Of a DNA stretch of 43,470 nucleotides, positions 15,696 through 25,030 are shown one piece after another. The stretch lies in IMG/VR virus record IMGVR_UViG_3300044708_000083, positions 1 to 43,470 of that record, one strand, 5' to 3'. This DNA is from a virus (Duplodnaviria; Caudoviricetes). Position 1 is the stretch's first letter; every line of letters begins with the position of its first letter. The notes under the pieces are model-generated. The model was not told the DNA's origin. It ran no database searches and saw nothing but the letters and a program-made list of their open reading frames with translations. A program made the translations under genes and the position numbers.

Positions 15696-17215
15696 TGACT
15701 GACGTCCTTCGGATCAAGCGTCGCACCGCTCCCGGCGCGCCCGACGCGCCGACGGGGCTGGCGAACGCCGAGTTGGCCTACAATGAAAACAGTCACATCC
15801 TTTACTACGGCGAGGGCTCCGGCGGCAGCTCTGTCGTGGTGGCCATCGCCGGGCCGGGGATGAGCAGCAACGCGTTGCCGGCCATGAACGGTACCGCCGC
15901 GTCCGGTGTGGCGGGCCTGTGGTCGCGCGGCGATCACGTCCACCCGTCCGACACGTCGCGCGCCAGTTCGAACAACCCGACGTTCACGGGAACGATCACG
16001 CTCAATGGGACGGTCACCGGCACCGGTATGGTCGCCTGGGCCGCGTCGCCGCCGTCGATCGGCGTCACGGCCCCGGCCAGCGGCGCGTTCACCACGCTGT
16101 CCGCGACCGGTGCCGTCTCCGGCGCGGGCTTCATCAACTATTTCGCATCGCCACCAGCGATTGGTGCCACAGCACCTGCGTCTGGCACATTCACGAACCT
16201 GTTCTCGAATGGCATCGTCGGTGGTGCTGGCTTTACGTCTTTGCTTTCAACCTATGCGAAGATCGACAGTCAGATCTTCACCGGGACGCCGCAGCTGCCG
16301 GTCGGCACGGTGGGTGTCACGCAGGCCAATGGCACCAACAACACGACCCTGGCGACGACCGCGTTCGTCCGCTCGACCCGGCTCGATCAGTTCGCGGCGC
16401 CAACGACCGCCGTGTCGATGAACAGTCAATACCTCACCAATTTGTTGGACCCGCAGAACAACCAGGACGCGGCCACCAAGAAATACGTTGATCAGAACTC
16501 GGCCGGGCTCAGTGCCAAGGGCGCCGTCGCCGTCGCCACGTCAGGCCTCAACATCGTGTTGAGCGGACTGCAAACGATTGACGGCTACACCACGGCGGCC
16601 AACGATCGCGTGCTGGTGAAAGACCAGACGCTGCCGCAGAATAATGGAATTTATATCGCCGTGTCGGGAGCGTGGACCCGGGCCACCGACATGGACGCGT
16701 GGGCCGAGGTGCCGCAGGCTTACGTCTTCGTATCGAACGGCGCGGTCAATTCCTCTAGCTCGTGGGTCTGCAACGCCGTGGCGGGCGGGTCGCTGGGCAC
16801 GACGCCGATCACCTGGGTGCAATTCAGCCAGCAGGCCCAGGTCACGGCGGGCGATGGTCTGGTGCGAACCGGCAACCAATTTGACGTCAAGGGCACCACG
16901 GCGCGCATCGCGGTGTTCGCCGACAGCGTCGACATCGACACCAGCTACCTGGGCCAGACATCAATCACCACGCTGGGCACCGTCGCCGTCGGCACCTGGA
17001 ACGCCACCACCATCGCGGTCAGCAAGGGCGGCACCGGAGCGACCACCCTGACCGGCTACCTCAAGGGCAACGGCACCGGAGCGTTTACCGCCGCCGCCAC
17101 GGTGCCGGTCAGCGACGTGACCGGCATGGGCACCATGGCGGCTCAGAACGCCGTCGCCGTCGCCATCACGGGCGGCACCATCGACGGTATTACGTTCGAC
17201 ATGGGAACATTCTGA
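15695..17215 (+). CDS. Tail fibre protein
   Basis: N-terminal RIKRR..LANAELAYNE anchor; DHVHP; LSGLQTIDG...DRVLVKDQT...NGIY...W.RA.D; Gly/Thr-rich. Confidence 0.85.
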   Translation: MTDVLRIKRRTAPGAPDAPTGLANAELAYNENSHILYYGEGSGGSSVVVAIAGPGMSSNALPAMNGTAASGVAGLWSRGDHVHPSDTSRASSNNPTFTGTITLNGTVTGTGMVAWAASPPSIGVTAPASGAFTTLSATGAVSGAGFINYFASPPAIGATAPASGTFTNLFSNGIVGGAGFTSLLSTYAKIDSQIFTGTPQLPVGTVGVTQANGTNNTTLATTAFVRSTRLDQFAAPTTAVSMNSQYLTNLLDPQNNQDAATKKYVDQNSAGLSAKGAVAVATSGLNIVLSGLQTIDGYTTAANDRVLVKDQTLPQNNGIYIAVSGAWTRATDMDAWAEVPQAYVFVSNGAVNSSSSWVCNAVAGGSLGTTPITWVQFSQQAQVTAGDGLVRTGNQFDVKGTTARIAVFADSVDIDTSYLGQTSITTLGTVAVGTWNATTIAVSKGGTGATTLTGYLKGNGTGAFTAAATVPVSDVTGMGTMAAQNAVAVAITGGTIDGITFDMGTF

Positions 17216-20200
17216 GTGGCGAACCTTCTCCGCATCAGACGCCGCGACGCTGGCGCGGCGGGGGCCCCGGTTCCGATGGCGTGGGGCGAACTCGCGTTCA
17301 ACGAGGCTGAAGGCACGCTCTGGTACGGAGCGGGAAACGACGGATCGGGGAGGGCTGTCGCGGCGCTGCCGATCGCCGGGTCGGGCGCGTTCCTGCCGCT
17401 GAGTGGTGGCGCGTTGACCGGGCCGATCAGGACCAGCAACACGGCGCCGCTCGTGGTTTCTTCCAACGCCTTTTCGCCCGCCACGTCGGCGGGAAGCACG
17501 CTCCGGGTGCTTGGCGCGGACGGTCAGAACACGACGCTCTCGGTGGAGAGTTTCGGCTCCTCCGGTCAAAATCCGATCGTCGTCGGCAGGCGATCGGGTG
17601 GCACCTCGGCGGCGCAGAGCGGCGTCACGACCGATTATGTGCTGCTGAACGTCGCGGGGCAGGGCTGGTCCGTGACGGGGTTGAGCGGGCTCAAAGTGAT
17701 GATGAGCCTTCGCGCGGCCGAGCCGTGGAACGACGCGGCACAGGGAACTTATCTGACACTGGCGACGGTGCCGACCGGTGCGACGGCGGCCGTGGAGCGC
17801 GCCCGGCTGCTCTCCAGTGGGCTCCTCCTGATCGGCGGGACCGTCGCGGACGGTAGTGAGCTGCTGCAAGTGGCGAACGGTATCCGCGCGCCGTCCTTCC
17901 GCGTCGGTGCCGGGACAGGCCCGACAGTGACCAGTGGCGCGGGCGCGCCGGGTGGCACCGCGCCGGTCGCCTCGTTGTTCCTGCGCTCTGACGGCGCCGC
18001 TGGATCGCAGATCTACATCAACACCGATGGCGTGACGAACTGGCAACCGATGCCGGTCGGCGGGCCGTTCCTGCCGCTGGCGGGCAATGTCCAGATGACC
18101 GGGCCGATCCTGACCGGGACGCCCAATACGTTCACCCTGCTGAACGGCGTCATGACGACGACGCCGCCGGGGTCGGGGGTGATCTTCCGGGTCGTATCCT
18201 CGGTCGGCGGCAATTCTCGGGCCGTGATCGAAACGTACAACAACAGTCAGCCAGCCTGGATTGGTAAAGCCGCCGGAGGGACGCCCACGGTGCCGAGCGC
18301 GGTCGCTCTGGATCAGACCCTGTGCCGCTTTGAGGGGTGGGGGTGGGGCTCGACCACGTTCGTTTCGTCCGCCAACGTCACGATCCGCGCCGCGCAGGCG
18401 TTCAGTGACACGGCGGCGGGTGGATATATCCAGTTCAACACGGCACCGATCGGCACCGTCACGCCCGTGGAGCGGCTGCGGATCACCGATCAGGGCGCGC
18501 TGCAATTCGCCATCGCGGGTCCGTCGATCAGTGTTGGCACCGGGGCGCCGGGCGGCACCGCGCCGGTTGCCTCGCTGTTCCTGCGAAGCGACGGCGCGGT
18601 CGGGTCGCAGATTTATGTCAACACAACGGGCGCCGGGTCGGGTTGGTCGCCGCTGATCACCGACGCGCCAAACGATGCGAAAACGTATGGACGCGGCGCG
18701 CTCGCGTGGAAGTGGACGCCGACGATCCAGGAGGTCGCCGCTGGCGCGTTTAATTTAAATACCATCGCCGACGGTTTCATCGGCCTGCGTCAGATCACGA
18801 ACCAGACCGGCGGCGTCAACTGGCCGGCGGACCAGATCGATCAGGCCGCGCTGGTGCTGGAGGGGTATAACGCTTTCGCCTACTGGCAGAGCCAGCTCAT
18901 GATGGGTGGTCGCGAGCGGTCGGGCGGCCCGGCGATCTGGTATCGATCGGTCCAGAATGGCGCGTGGGGCCCGTGGTGGCGTCTCATTGGCGCGATCAAC
19001 AACACGATCTCAATTCCGCTCACCCTGTCGGCCGGGCTCGCACTGCAGGGCAGCGCGACGGTTACGCTGGCCCGCGACCCGACCGCAGACCTCGAGGCGG
19101 TGCCACGGCGCTACGTCGACGCCAGGAGCGCCGTCGTGGTGGCGTCGATCGCCGCGTTGCGCGCCCTGAACGGCACCGCCGCCTGGGTCTACGCGCAGGG
19201 CTACTACGCCCCCGGCGACGGTGGCGGTGGCGATTATGTGCGCGGCGTCGCCGGCACCGACAACGGCGGCTCGATCATCACGACCGCGAACGGAACCTAC
19301 TACCTCCAGACCTACGGGCGCCCTCTGTCCGTCACCCAGTTTGGCGCCAAGGGCGACGGCGTCACCGATGACTACGCCGCGATGCAGGCGGCGATCAACG
19401 CGGTGCAGGCCGCCGGGGGCGGCACCCTGTGGTTCCCGGCCCGCACCTTCGCGCAGACGGTCGCGCTGCGGATCTCGCAATCCGGCGTGAGGCTGGTCGG
19501 CGCCGGCCGCGACGCCGAACACGATTACACGCCCGGTTGGGGATCCAATTCAAACACGCGCGCGGTCACCGCGCTGCTGTGGATCGGCCCCGGCGGCAGC
19601 GGGCACCAGATCGACATCGCGCCGCTCAGTGACAGCGACGGCGGCGGCGCGTTGGGCGGCTGCGCGGTGCTTGATATGAACCTGTTCGCCGGGGTCTTCC
19701 CCTACACCAACGCGGCCACGGTGGGCGTCTATTGCGCCGCCGTGAAAGACAGCGAATTTAGTTTCTTCGCGCTGGAGCATCTGATCGCCGGGCTGCAGTT
19801 CAGCTGCCTGAACCGATCCGCCAGCTGGAACAACGGCGTGTCATTCTGCCGAGTGCCTTACCTCGGCTATCGCGGCGTGCAGGCCGGCTCCGGGTCGGCG
19901 CTGCGGATGGACGGCATCTCGTTCGTCGGCAACGCCTACAACAACACATTCGGGCTGATCAACGTCCTGCATAACAACAACCAGGGGCTCGATCTCTATA
20001 GTTGCGACAACAATACATTCAACATGGTTCGCATCCAGCGTGTGAGCGGCGGCGTCGGCGCGGGAATTTATCTCCGCTCCGGCGCCAGCGTCGACACCCC
20101 GGCGCGGGCCAACGTGTTCAATCTCGTGTCGCCCGGTCACGGCGGCGTCTATTCCGACGCCACGGGCGCCTATCCGCCATTCGAGAACAAGATCCTGTTT

Positions 20201-20704
20201 TATAATCCCGACGAGGACAGCGCGCCGGCCGTCCCGGCGATCGGCAACGGCTCGACGCTTTTCTATAATACATCGAAACAGTCCGCCGCGTGCTATTTCT
20301 CGGTGACCACCAACAACGACCAGTCGATCCCATCCGGCGTCTGGACCACGGTCGCGTTCAACACGGTGACGATCGATCCGGCCACGTGGTTCGACACGAC
20401 CAACCGGCGCTGGCGGCCGCGATATCCCGGCGTGTATCACATTTCCGCGTCGGTCGCGTTCAACATCGCGGCGACCGGCGGCAGTCGTCACATCCAGATC
20501 GCCAAAAACTCAGCGACCACGGTCGTGCGGACGCAGCGCCTGAACACCTACACGGGGATCGAGAGCCTGACGATCAACGCCTCGGTCTACCTCAACGGCA
20601 CGACCGACTTCGTGGAGATCTGGGTCCAGCAGGACACGGGTGTCGCGGCGACGATCGTCAACCTCAACGACCTGACATTCTTCAACGGCAGCAGAGCAGG
20701 GTGA
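17216..20704 (+). CDS. Tail spike/fibre with beta-helix (pectate-lyase-like) depolymerase domain and C-terminal C1q-like domain
   Basis: VTQFGAKGDGVTDDYAAMQAAIN...GG.LWFP; Asn-ladder repeats; C-terminal V.F.....D...FD......P..PG.Y...A.V...YLNG..D.VE. Confidence 0.85.
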   Translation: MANLLRIRRRDAGAAGAPVPMAWGELAFNEAEGTLWYGAGNDGSGRAVAALPIAGSGAFLPLSGGALTGPIRTSNTAPLVVSSNAFSPATSAGSTLRVLGADGQNTTLSVESFGSSGQNPIVVGRRSGGTSAAQSGVTTDYVLLNVAGQGWSVTGLSGLKVMMSLRAAEPWNDAAQGTYLTLATVPTGATAAVERARLLSSGLLLIGGTVADGSELLQVANGIRAPSFRVGAGTGPTVTSGAGAPGGTAPVASLFLRSDGAAGSQIYINTDGVTNWQPMPVGGPFLPLAGNVQMTGPILTGTPNTFTLLNGVMTTTPPGSGVIFRVVSSVGGNSRAVIETYNNSQPAWIGKAAGGTPTVPSAVALDQTLCRFEGWGWGSTTFVSSANVTIRAAQAFSDTAAGGYIQFNTAPIGTVTPVERLRITDQGALQFAIAGPSISVGTGAPGGTAPVASLFLRSDGAVGSQIYVNTTGAGSGWSPLITDAPNDAKTYGRGALAWKWTPTIQEVAAGAFNLNTIADGFIGLRQITNQTGGVNWPADQIDQAALVLEGYNAFAYWQSQLMMGGRERSGGPAIWYRSVQNGAWGPWWRLIGAINNTISIPLTLSAGLALQGSATVTLARDPTADLEAVPRRYVDARSAVVVASIAALRALNGTAAWVYAQGYYAPGDGGGGDYVRGVAGTDNGGSIITTANGTYYLQTYGRPLSVTQFGAKGDGVTDDYAAMQAAINAVQAAGGGTLWFPARTFAQTVALRISQSGVRLVGAGRDAEHDYTPGWGSNSNTRAVTALLWIGPGGSGHQIDIAPLSDSDGGGALGGCAVLDMNLFAGVFPYTNAATVGVYCAAVKDSEFSFFALEHLIAGLQFSCLNRSASWNNGVSFCRVPYLGYRGVQAGSGSALRMDGISFVGNAYNNTFGLINVLHNNNQGLDLYSCDNNTFNMVRIQRVSGGVGAGIYLRSGASVDTPARANVFNLVSPGHGGVYSDATGAYPPFENKILFYNPDEDSAPAVPAIGNGSTLFYNTSKQSAACYFSVTTNNDQSIPSGVWTTVAFNTVTIDPATWFDTTNRRWRPRYPGVYHISASVAFNIAATGGSRHIQIAKNSATTVVRTQRLNTYTGIESLTINASVYLNGTTDFVEIWVQQDTGVAATIVNLNDLTFFNGSRAG

Positions 20705-20711
20705 AGCAACC

Positions 20712-20936
20712 ATGGAACCGAACGACAGATTGAGTGTGATCCTCGAGGCGCAGCAATGGAACGTGGTCCTCGCGCAGCTCGCCGAGGGGCCCTACCGGGT
20801 GATGGCGCCGATCATCAACGAGCTGCAACAGCAGTGTCTGGCGCAGCAGCGCGCCGAGGAGCAACCGGAACCGCAACCGCAACCGCAGCCGGTCACGCAG
20901 CTTCGCGAGGTTGTTTCCAATCCGGCGGCGGAATGA
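20712..20936 (+). CDS. Small protein, possible tail-fibre chaperone
   Basis: N..L..L...PY.....I..L..Q pattern; follows the tail spike gene. Confidence 0.6.
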   Translation: MEPNDRLSVILEAQQWNVVLAQLAEGPYRVMAPIINELQQQCLAQQRAEEQPEPQPQPQPVTQLREVVSNPAAE

Positions 20937-21121
20937 TCTGGATCAAGGCCCTCGCCGCGACCGCGCCCTTGTTGCTGGGCGCGCTGATCGGCGTCGCGTG
21001 GAGCAATTCGCACGCGATGGTGGCGGCGCTGACCCGGATCGATAACACCGAGAAACAGATCGACCGCCTGCGTGACATGGTCGAGCGGCATCTGTGTCCG
21101 CCGCCGGGGGCGCCGAAATGA
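20933..21121 (+). CDS. Small membrane protein, holin-like candidate
   Basis: One hydrophobic segment (ALAATAPLLLGALIGVAW) followed by a coiled coil; ATGA overlaps at both ends. Confidence 0.5.
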   Translation: MIWIKALAATAPLLLGALIGVAWSNSHAMVAALTRIDNTEKQIDRLRDMVERHLCPPPGAPK

Positions 21122-22665
21122 CATTGATCGCTCTTAAATTCCCGCCCGGCATCGTCCGCGTCGGCACCGACGGCATGGCGCGCGGCCGATGGTGGAACGC
21201 CAACCTGATCCGCTGGCGCAATAACGCCCTGGTGCCGGTCGGCGGCTGGGACCGGTTGACGTCGGTGCCGATGGATACGCCCGCGCGCAAGCTGGTCGCG
21301 TGGCGCTCCAACCGCGACGTCCGTTATGTCGCGATCGGCACCGACACGCAGCTGCTGCTGCTCGATCAGGCCGTGATGCTGGATAAAACACCGGACGGGT
21401 TTATTTCGCTGCCGACGGGGACCGCCAACGTGGGCGGCTACGGCACCGGCCCCTACAACTATTCGACCTACAGCACGCCGCGCGATGCCGGTGCTTTCGG
21501 GCCCGGGGGAAATCCTTACGGGCGCGGAGCGATCTGGACGATCGACACCTGGGGCGAGGACATTGTCGCGGTGGCCTCGTCCGACGGTCGCCTGCTGCAC
21601 CTGTCGCCAAATTCCAGTGACCCGGTCCCCGAGTTCGATCCCATCGCCGTGCCGGTTGACGAGGCGCCGCACAATAATCGCGGCGTGATCGTCACCGACG
21701 AGAGATATGTGCTGCTGTTTGGCGCGGGCGGGGATCCGCGCACCGTCGCGTGGTGTTCGCGCGAAGACATCTTCGACTGGGACTTCGCCAATCCGAACAA
21801 CACCGCCGGGTTTCTCAAGCTCGAGTGCCAGGGCACGTTGGTCAATGCCACCAAGGTGCGCGGCGGCATCCTGCTCTGGACCGAACAGGAGCTGTGGATC
21901 GGTCGCTACGTCGGCCTGCCGGCGGTCTACGGTTTCGAGAAGGTAGGTGAGGCCTGCGGGCTGCTGGCGGCCTCGGCGTTCGTCACGATCGCCGGCACCG
22001 CGATCTGGCCCGGGCTCAACACGTTCTGGACCTACAAGAACGGCGCGGTGGTCCCGCTGCCGTGCGACGTCAGTGATTTTCTCTATCGCCGCACCGACAT
22101 CCGAACCCTCGGCGACCGCATGGTCGGCGGCAACAACGGACGTTTTCCCGAGGCGTGGTTTTTCTTTCCCGAGGCCGGCCACCTCGAGAACAACGCTTAC
22201 ATCGCCACCAATCCCGGCGAGGGCTGGTGGACGATCGGGCACCTCGACCGCACATGCATCGACGGCGCGGGCGTCTGGCCGTATCCGCTCATGGGTGGCG
22301 CCGACGGTCATCTCTACCAGCACGAGGTTGGCTGGCTCGACGCGGGCGCCTCGCGCGGCGGCAGCGTGTTTGTCGAGAGCGCCGCGCAGCAGCTGCCGGG
22401 TGCCGGGGACCGTTGCCTCAACGTACTGGGCGGCCAGCTCGACAGCGGCTCCGGCTACGACGCCACGCAGATCCGCGCCTACACCCGCGAAACCCACGAC
22501 GACCCGATCGAGTACGAAGAGGGGCCGTTCCAGGCCTACTCCGACGGCTGGGTCGAGTGCCGGTTCTCCGGCCGCGACATTCGGTTGCGGATTGAACAAA
22601 TTCGCGACCAGCAGTGGAGCGTCGGCGAGATGCGCTTCGACATCATCCCGGGGCGCGGCCGATGA
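21118..22665 (+). CDS. Tail nozzle/packaged-DNA stabilisation protein (P22 gp10-like)
   Basis: PPG....GT....GRW...N..RW.......GGW, WGE, V.W...ED...W.....N.AG, R.SGR...LR. Confidence 0.8.
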   Translation: MTLIALKFPPGIVRVGTDGMARGRWWNANLIRWRNNALVPVGGWDRLTSVPMDTPARKLVAWRSNRDVRYVAIGTDTQLLLLDQAVMLDKTPDGFISLPTGTANVGGYGTGPYNYSTYSTPRDAGAFGPGGNPYGRGAIWTIDTWGEDIVAVASSDGRLLHLSPNSSDPVPEFDPIAVPVDEAPHNNRGVIVTDERYVLLFGAGGDPRTVAWCSREDIFDWDFANPNNTAGFLKLECQGTLVNATKVRGGILLWTEQELWIGRYVGLPAVYGFEKVGEACGLLAASAFVTIAGTAIWPGLNTFWTYKNGAVVPLPCDVSDFLYRRTDIRTLGDRMVGGNNGRFPEAWFFFPEAGHLENNAYIATNPGEGWWTIGHLDRTCIDGAGVWPYPLMGGADGHLYQHEVGWLDAGASRGGSVFVESAAQQLPGAGDRCLNVLGGQLDSGSGYDATQIRAYTRETHDDPIEYEEGPFQAYSDGWVECRFSGRDIRLRIEQIRDQQWSVGEMRFDIIPGRGR

Positions 22666-22883
22666 TCATCACGTTTCCGTATCCGCCCGACCGTTACGAC
22701 GCCGAACAGGCGCGCCAGCTGGTCGACCAGCTGTCGCGCGTCTTCGGCCGCGTGCTGTCGATCGAGAGCGCCTCGCCGTTCGCCCTGCTGGCCGCGCCTG
22801 ACGGCGGTGTGTGGAAGGTCAGCGTCGACAACACGGGCGCGCTCACCACGGTCAGGATGCCGCTGGGAGCGCCCGTGGCATGA
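22662..22883 (+). CDS. Small tail protein
   Basis: P.PP..YD; L.APDG..W...VDN.G.L; ATGA overlaps. Confidence 0.7.
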   Translation: MIITFPYPPDRYDAEQARQLVDQLSRVFGRVLSIESASPFALLAAPDGGVWKVSVDNTGALTTVRMPLGAPVA

Positions 22884-23245
22884 CCGACGCCCGGCAGCGG
22901 CGCCTCGTGGCGCGTCTTGACGAGGCCCTCGCGGCGGCGGGCACGCACACGCTCGCCGACGTGATCGCGCTGGCGAACGATCGCCGGGCGCAGATATGGG
23001 AGGGTGACGACGCCCTCATCGTCACGGAGCTGAACGATTATCCGCTGCGGCGCATGCTGCGCTACTGGTGCGTGGCCGGAACGATGGACGCGGTGCGGGC
23101 GTTGCAGCCGCGTATCGATGCCTGGGCGATCGAGCAGGGCGCCACGCGCGCCGACGCGATCGGACGCAGAGGTTGGGAGCGGGTGATCGATCCCGAAGGA
23201 TGGCGTCACGTCTGCGGCTACTGGATCAAGGATCTGCAATCATGA
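22880..23245 (+). CDS. GNAT-like virion morphogenesis protein
   Basis: AQIW, VTE...YP, WA...G......GR.GW.R motif; position before the ejection proteins. Confidence 0.7.
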   Translation: MTDARQRRLVARLDEALAAAGTHTLADVIALANDRRAQIWEGDDALIVTELNDYPLRRMLRYWCVAGTMDAVRALQPRIDAWAIEQGATRADAIGRRGWERVIDPEGWRHVCGYWIKDLQS

Positions 23246-24318
23246 GGCCGGCACGCTATACCGACGCGATCGATCCGCCAACGGAATGGGAGGTCGCCGA
23301 CTGGCACCTTTGCAGTCAGGGCGGCGGCAGCGGCAGCACCACGACGACGACCCGGGCGGAATTGCCGAAATGGCTCGACAACGCGGCGGAGGACAATCTC
23401 CACCACGCTGTCGATCTGATGAAAGATACGCCTTATCAACAATATACCAACGAGCGGATCGCCGGCCAGACGCCCGACCAGATCCAGGCCGCCGACGCGA
23501 TCAGGAACATGCAGGGTGATACCGGCGCGGCGTTGGGCTCCCTCGCCGGTAGTTCCGCCGCGCGAGCGTCCTACGTGGCGCCGACCGTCATGCCTCATTC
23601 GCTCGCCGCGACCGATCTGAGCGGCTACATGAACCCCTTCACGGGAGAGGTCGAAGCCAACGCGTTGCGCGCTCTCGAGCAGACGCGACAGAACGCGCAG
23701 GGTCAGGTCGGCGACGTGTTCCAGTCGGCGAGGGCATTCGGCGGATCCAGGCAGGCACTGCAAAGCGCCGTGACGGACGCTCAATTTGGTCAGCGCGCGG
23801 CGGACACCTCGGCGCAGCTGCGGCAGGCGAATTTTGCCCAGGCGCAAGGCGCGGCGACCGGCGACATCACCCGCGACCTCGCCGCGCAGCAGGCCAACCA
23901 GCGCGCCAGCCTCGACAGCGCGGGACTGGACCTGTCCGCCTACAAACAAGCGGCGGACATCTACGGCGCCGGGCAGGCCGCCGACATCCGCGACATCGGT
24001 TTGCTCGACACCTCCGGCGGTCAGCAGCAGCAAATGGCGCAGGGCCGGCTCGATCTGAATTACCAGAACTGGCTCGAGCAGCAGGGCTACACCAAAAGTC
24101 AGATTGAGTGGATCAGCCAAATTCTGGGCTCCACCCCCGGCAGCGGTGTCACGACGGTCAATGCCGGGGGCGGGTCCAAAGGTAGCCCGGCGCTGGGCGC
24201 CCTCGGCGGCGCGCTGAGCGGCGCGGCCACGGGCGCGACGCTCTCCGGCGGCAACCCCTACGTGGCCGGGGTCGGCGCCGTGGCCGGCGGTGTTCTCGGC
24301 GGGTTCAGCAGCAGATGA
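23242..24318 (+). CDS. Internal virion/DNA ejection protein
   Basis: GGSTTTT..LP.W, YMNPF, AFGGSR, Gly/Ala-rich hydrophobic C-terminus. Confidence 0.75.
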   Translation: MRPARYTDAIDPPTEWEVADWHLCSQGGGSGSTTTTTRAELPKWLDNAAEDNLHHAVDLMKDTPYQQYTNERIAGQTPDQIQAADAIRNMQGDTGAALGSLAGSSAARASYVAPTVMPHSLAATDLSGYMNPFTGEVEANALRALEQTRQNAQGQVGDVFQSARAFGGSRQALQSAVTDAQFGQRAADTSAQLRQANFAQAQGAATGDITRDLAAQQANQRASLDSAGLDLSAYKQAADIYGAGQAADIRDIGLLDTSGGQQQQMAQGRLDLNYQNWLEQQGYTKSQIEWISQILGSTPGSGVTTVNAGGGSKGSPALGALGGALSGAATGATLSGGNPYVAGVGAVAGGVLGGFSSR

Positions 24319-24328
24319 GGGTGGGATC

Positions 24329-25018
24329 ATGACGGACGAGGAATGGCGGCAAATCCTGGGGCTCATCAGCCCGGCGGTGTCCCTCGTGGGCGGTAGCGTC
24401 CCCGGGCTGGCCGGCATGGTGGGTCAGGCGGGCGACGGCGGCTTTGGCGGCATGGGCGCGGCGGCCCTCGTCAACGGCAACGCGGGCGTCATGCCGAACG
24501 CCGGCATGCCCGCCACGCCGGGACCGATGTCGCTGGGGCCCACGGTGTCTGGTGTCCTGCCGCCACTGCCAATGACGCCCGGCGGCCCGGCGGGGCCAGT
24601 ACCGGATCCGGTCAACCCGGGCGCGGCGGGCATCAATCCCGGCCCGGGCTGGCTCCAGCGCAACATCGGCGACCCGATCAGCCAGATGTGGCAGGGCAAG
24701 GTTAAACTGGACCCGTTTGGCAATCCGCAGCTGGGCCCCGACGGCAAGCCGATCCCCGACACCAGCGGCGACCTGACCGCCCGCCAGAAGGCGCTGCTGG
24801 GCGGTGCCGGCATGGCCGGCGCCGGGTTGACCAAGGCCGCCGCGAGCCCCGCCGCGCCGCCCGTGGCGGCGGGGGGCGGCGCCTACCGGCCGACGCCGCT
24901 GGACGCGACGCGGATCGCCCAGGCCCGGCTCCAGCAGCTGGCGCAGCTGCGTCAGCAGGCGACGCTGGCCGCGCCGTGGCTGCAGCGCTACCGGCAGCAG
25001 CCGGGCCTGATGGGATGA
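24329..25018 (+). CDS. Gly/Pro-rich putative internal virion protein
   Basis: Position within the ejection cluster; GAGGG RBS. Confidence 0.6.
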   Translation: MTDEEWRQILGLISPAVSLVGGSVPGLAGMVGQAGDGGFGGMGAAALVNGNAGVMPNAGMPATPGPMSLGPTVSGVLPPLPMTPGGPAGPVPDPVNPGAAGINPGPGWLQRNIGDPISQMWQGKVKLDPFGNPQLGPDGKPIPDTSGDLTARQKALLGGAGMAGAGLTKAAASPAAPPVAAGGGAYRPTPLDATRIAQARLQQLAQLRQQATLAAPWLQRYRQQPGLMG

Positions 25019-25030
25019 CGGGAGAGCGAC

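Noticed and set aside
14696-20704. Diversity-generating retroelement acting on the tail genes
   Set aside because: No reverse transcriptase and no adenine-specific TR/VR pair seen. The MCP-peptide copy differs mainly at third codon positions, not at adenines.
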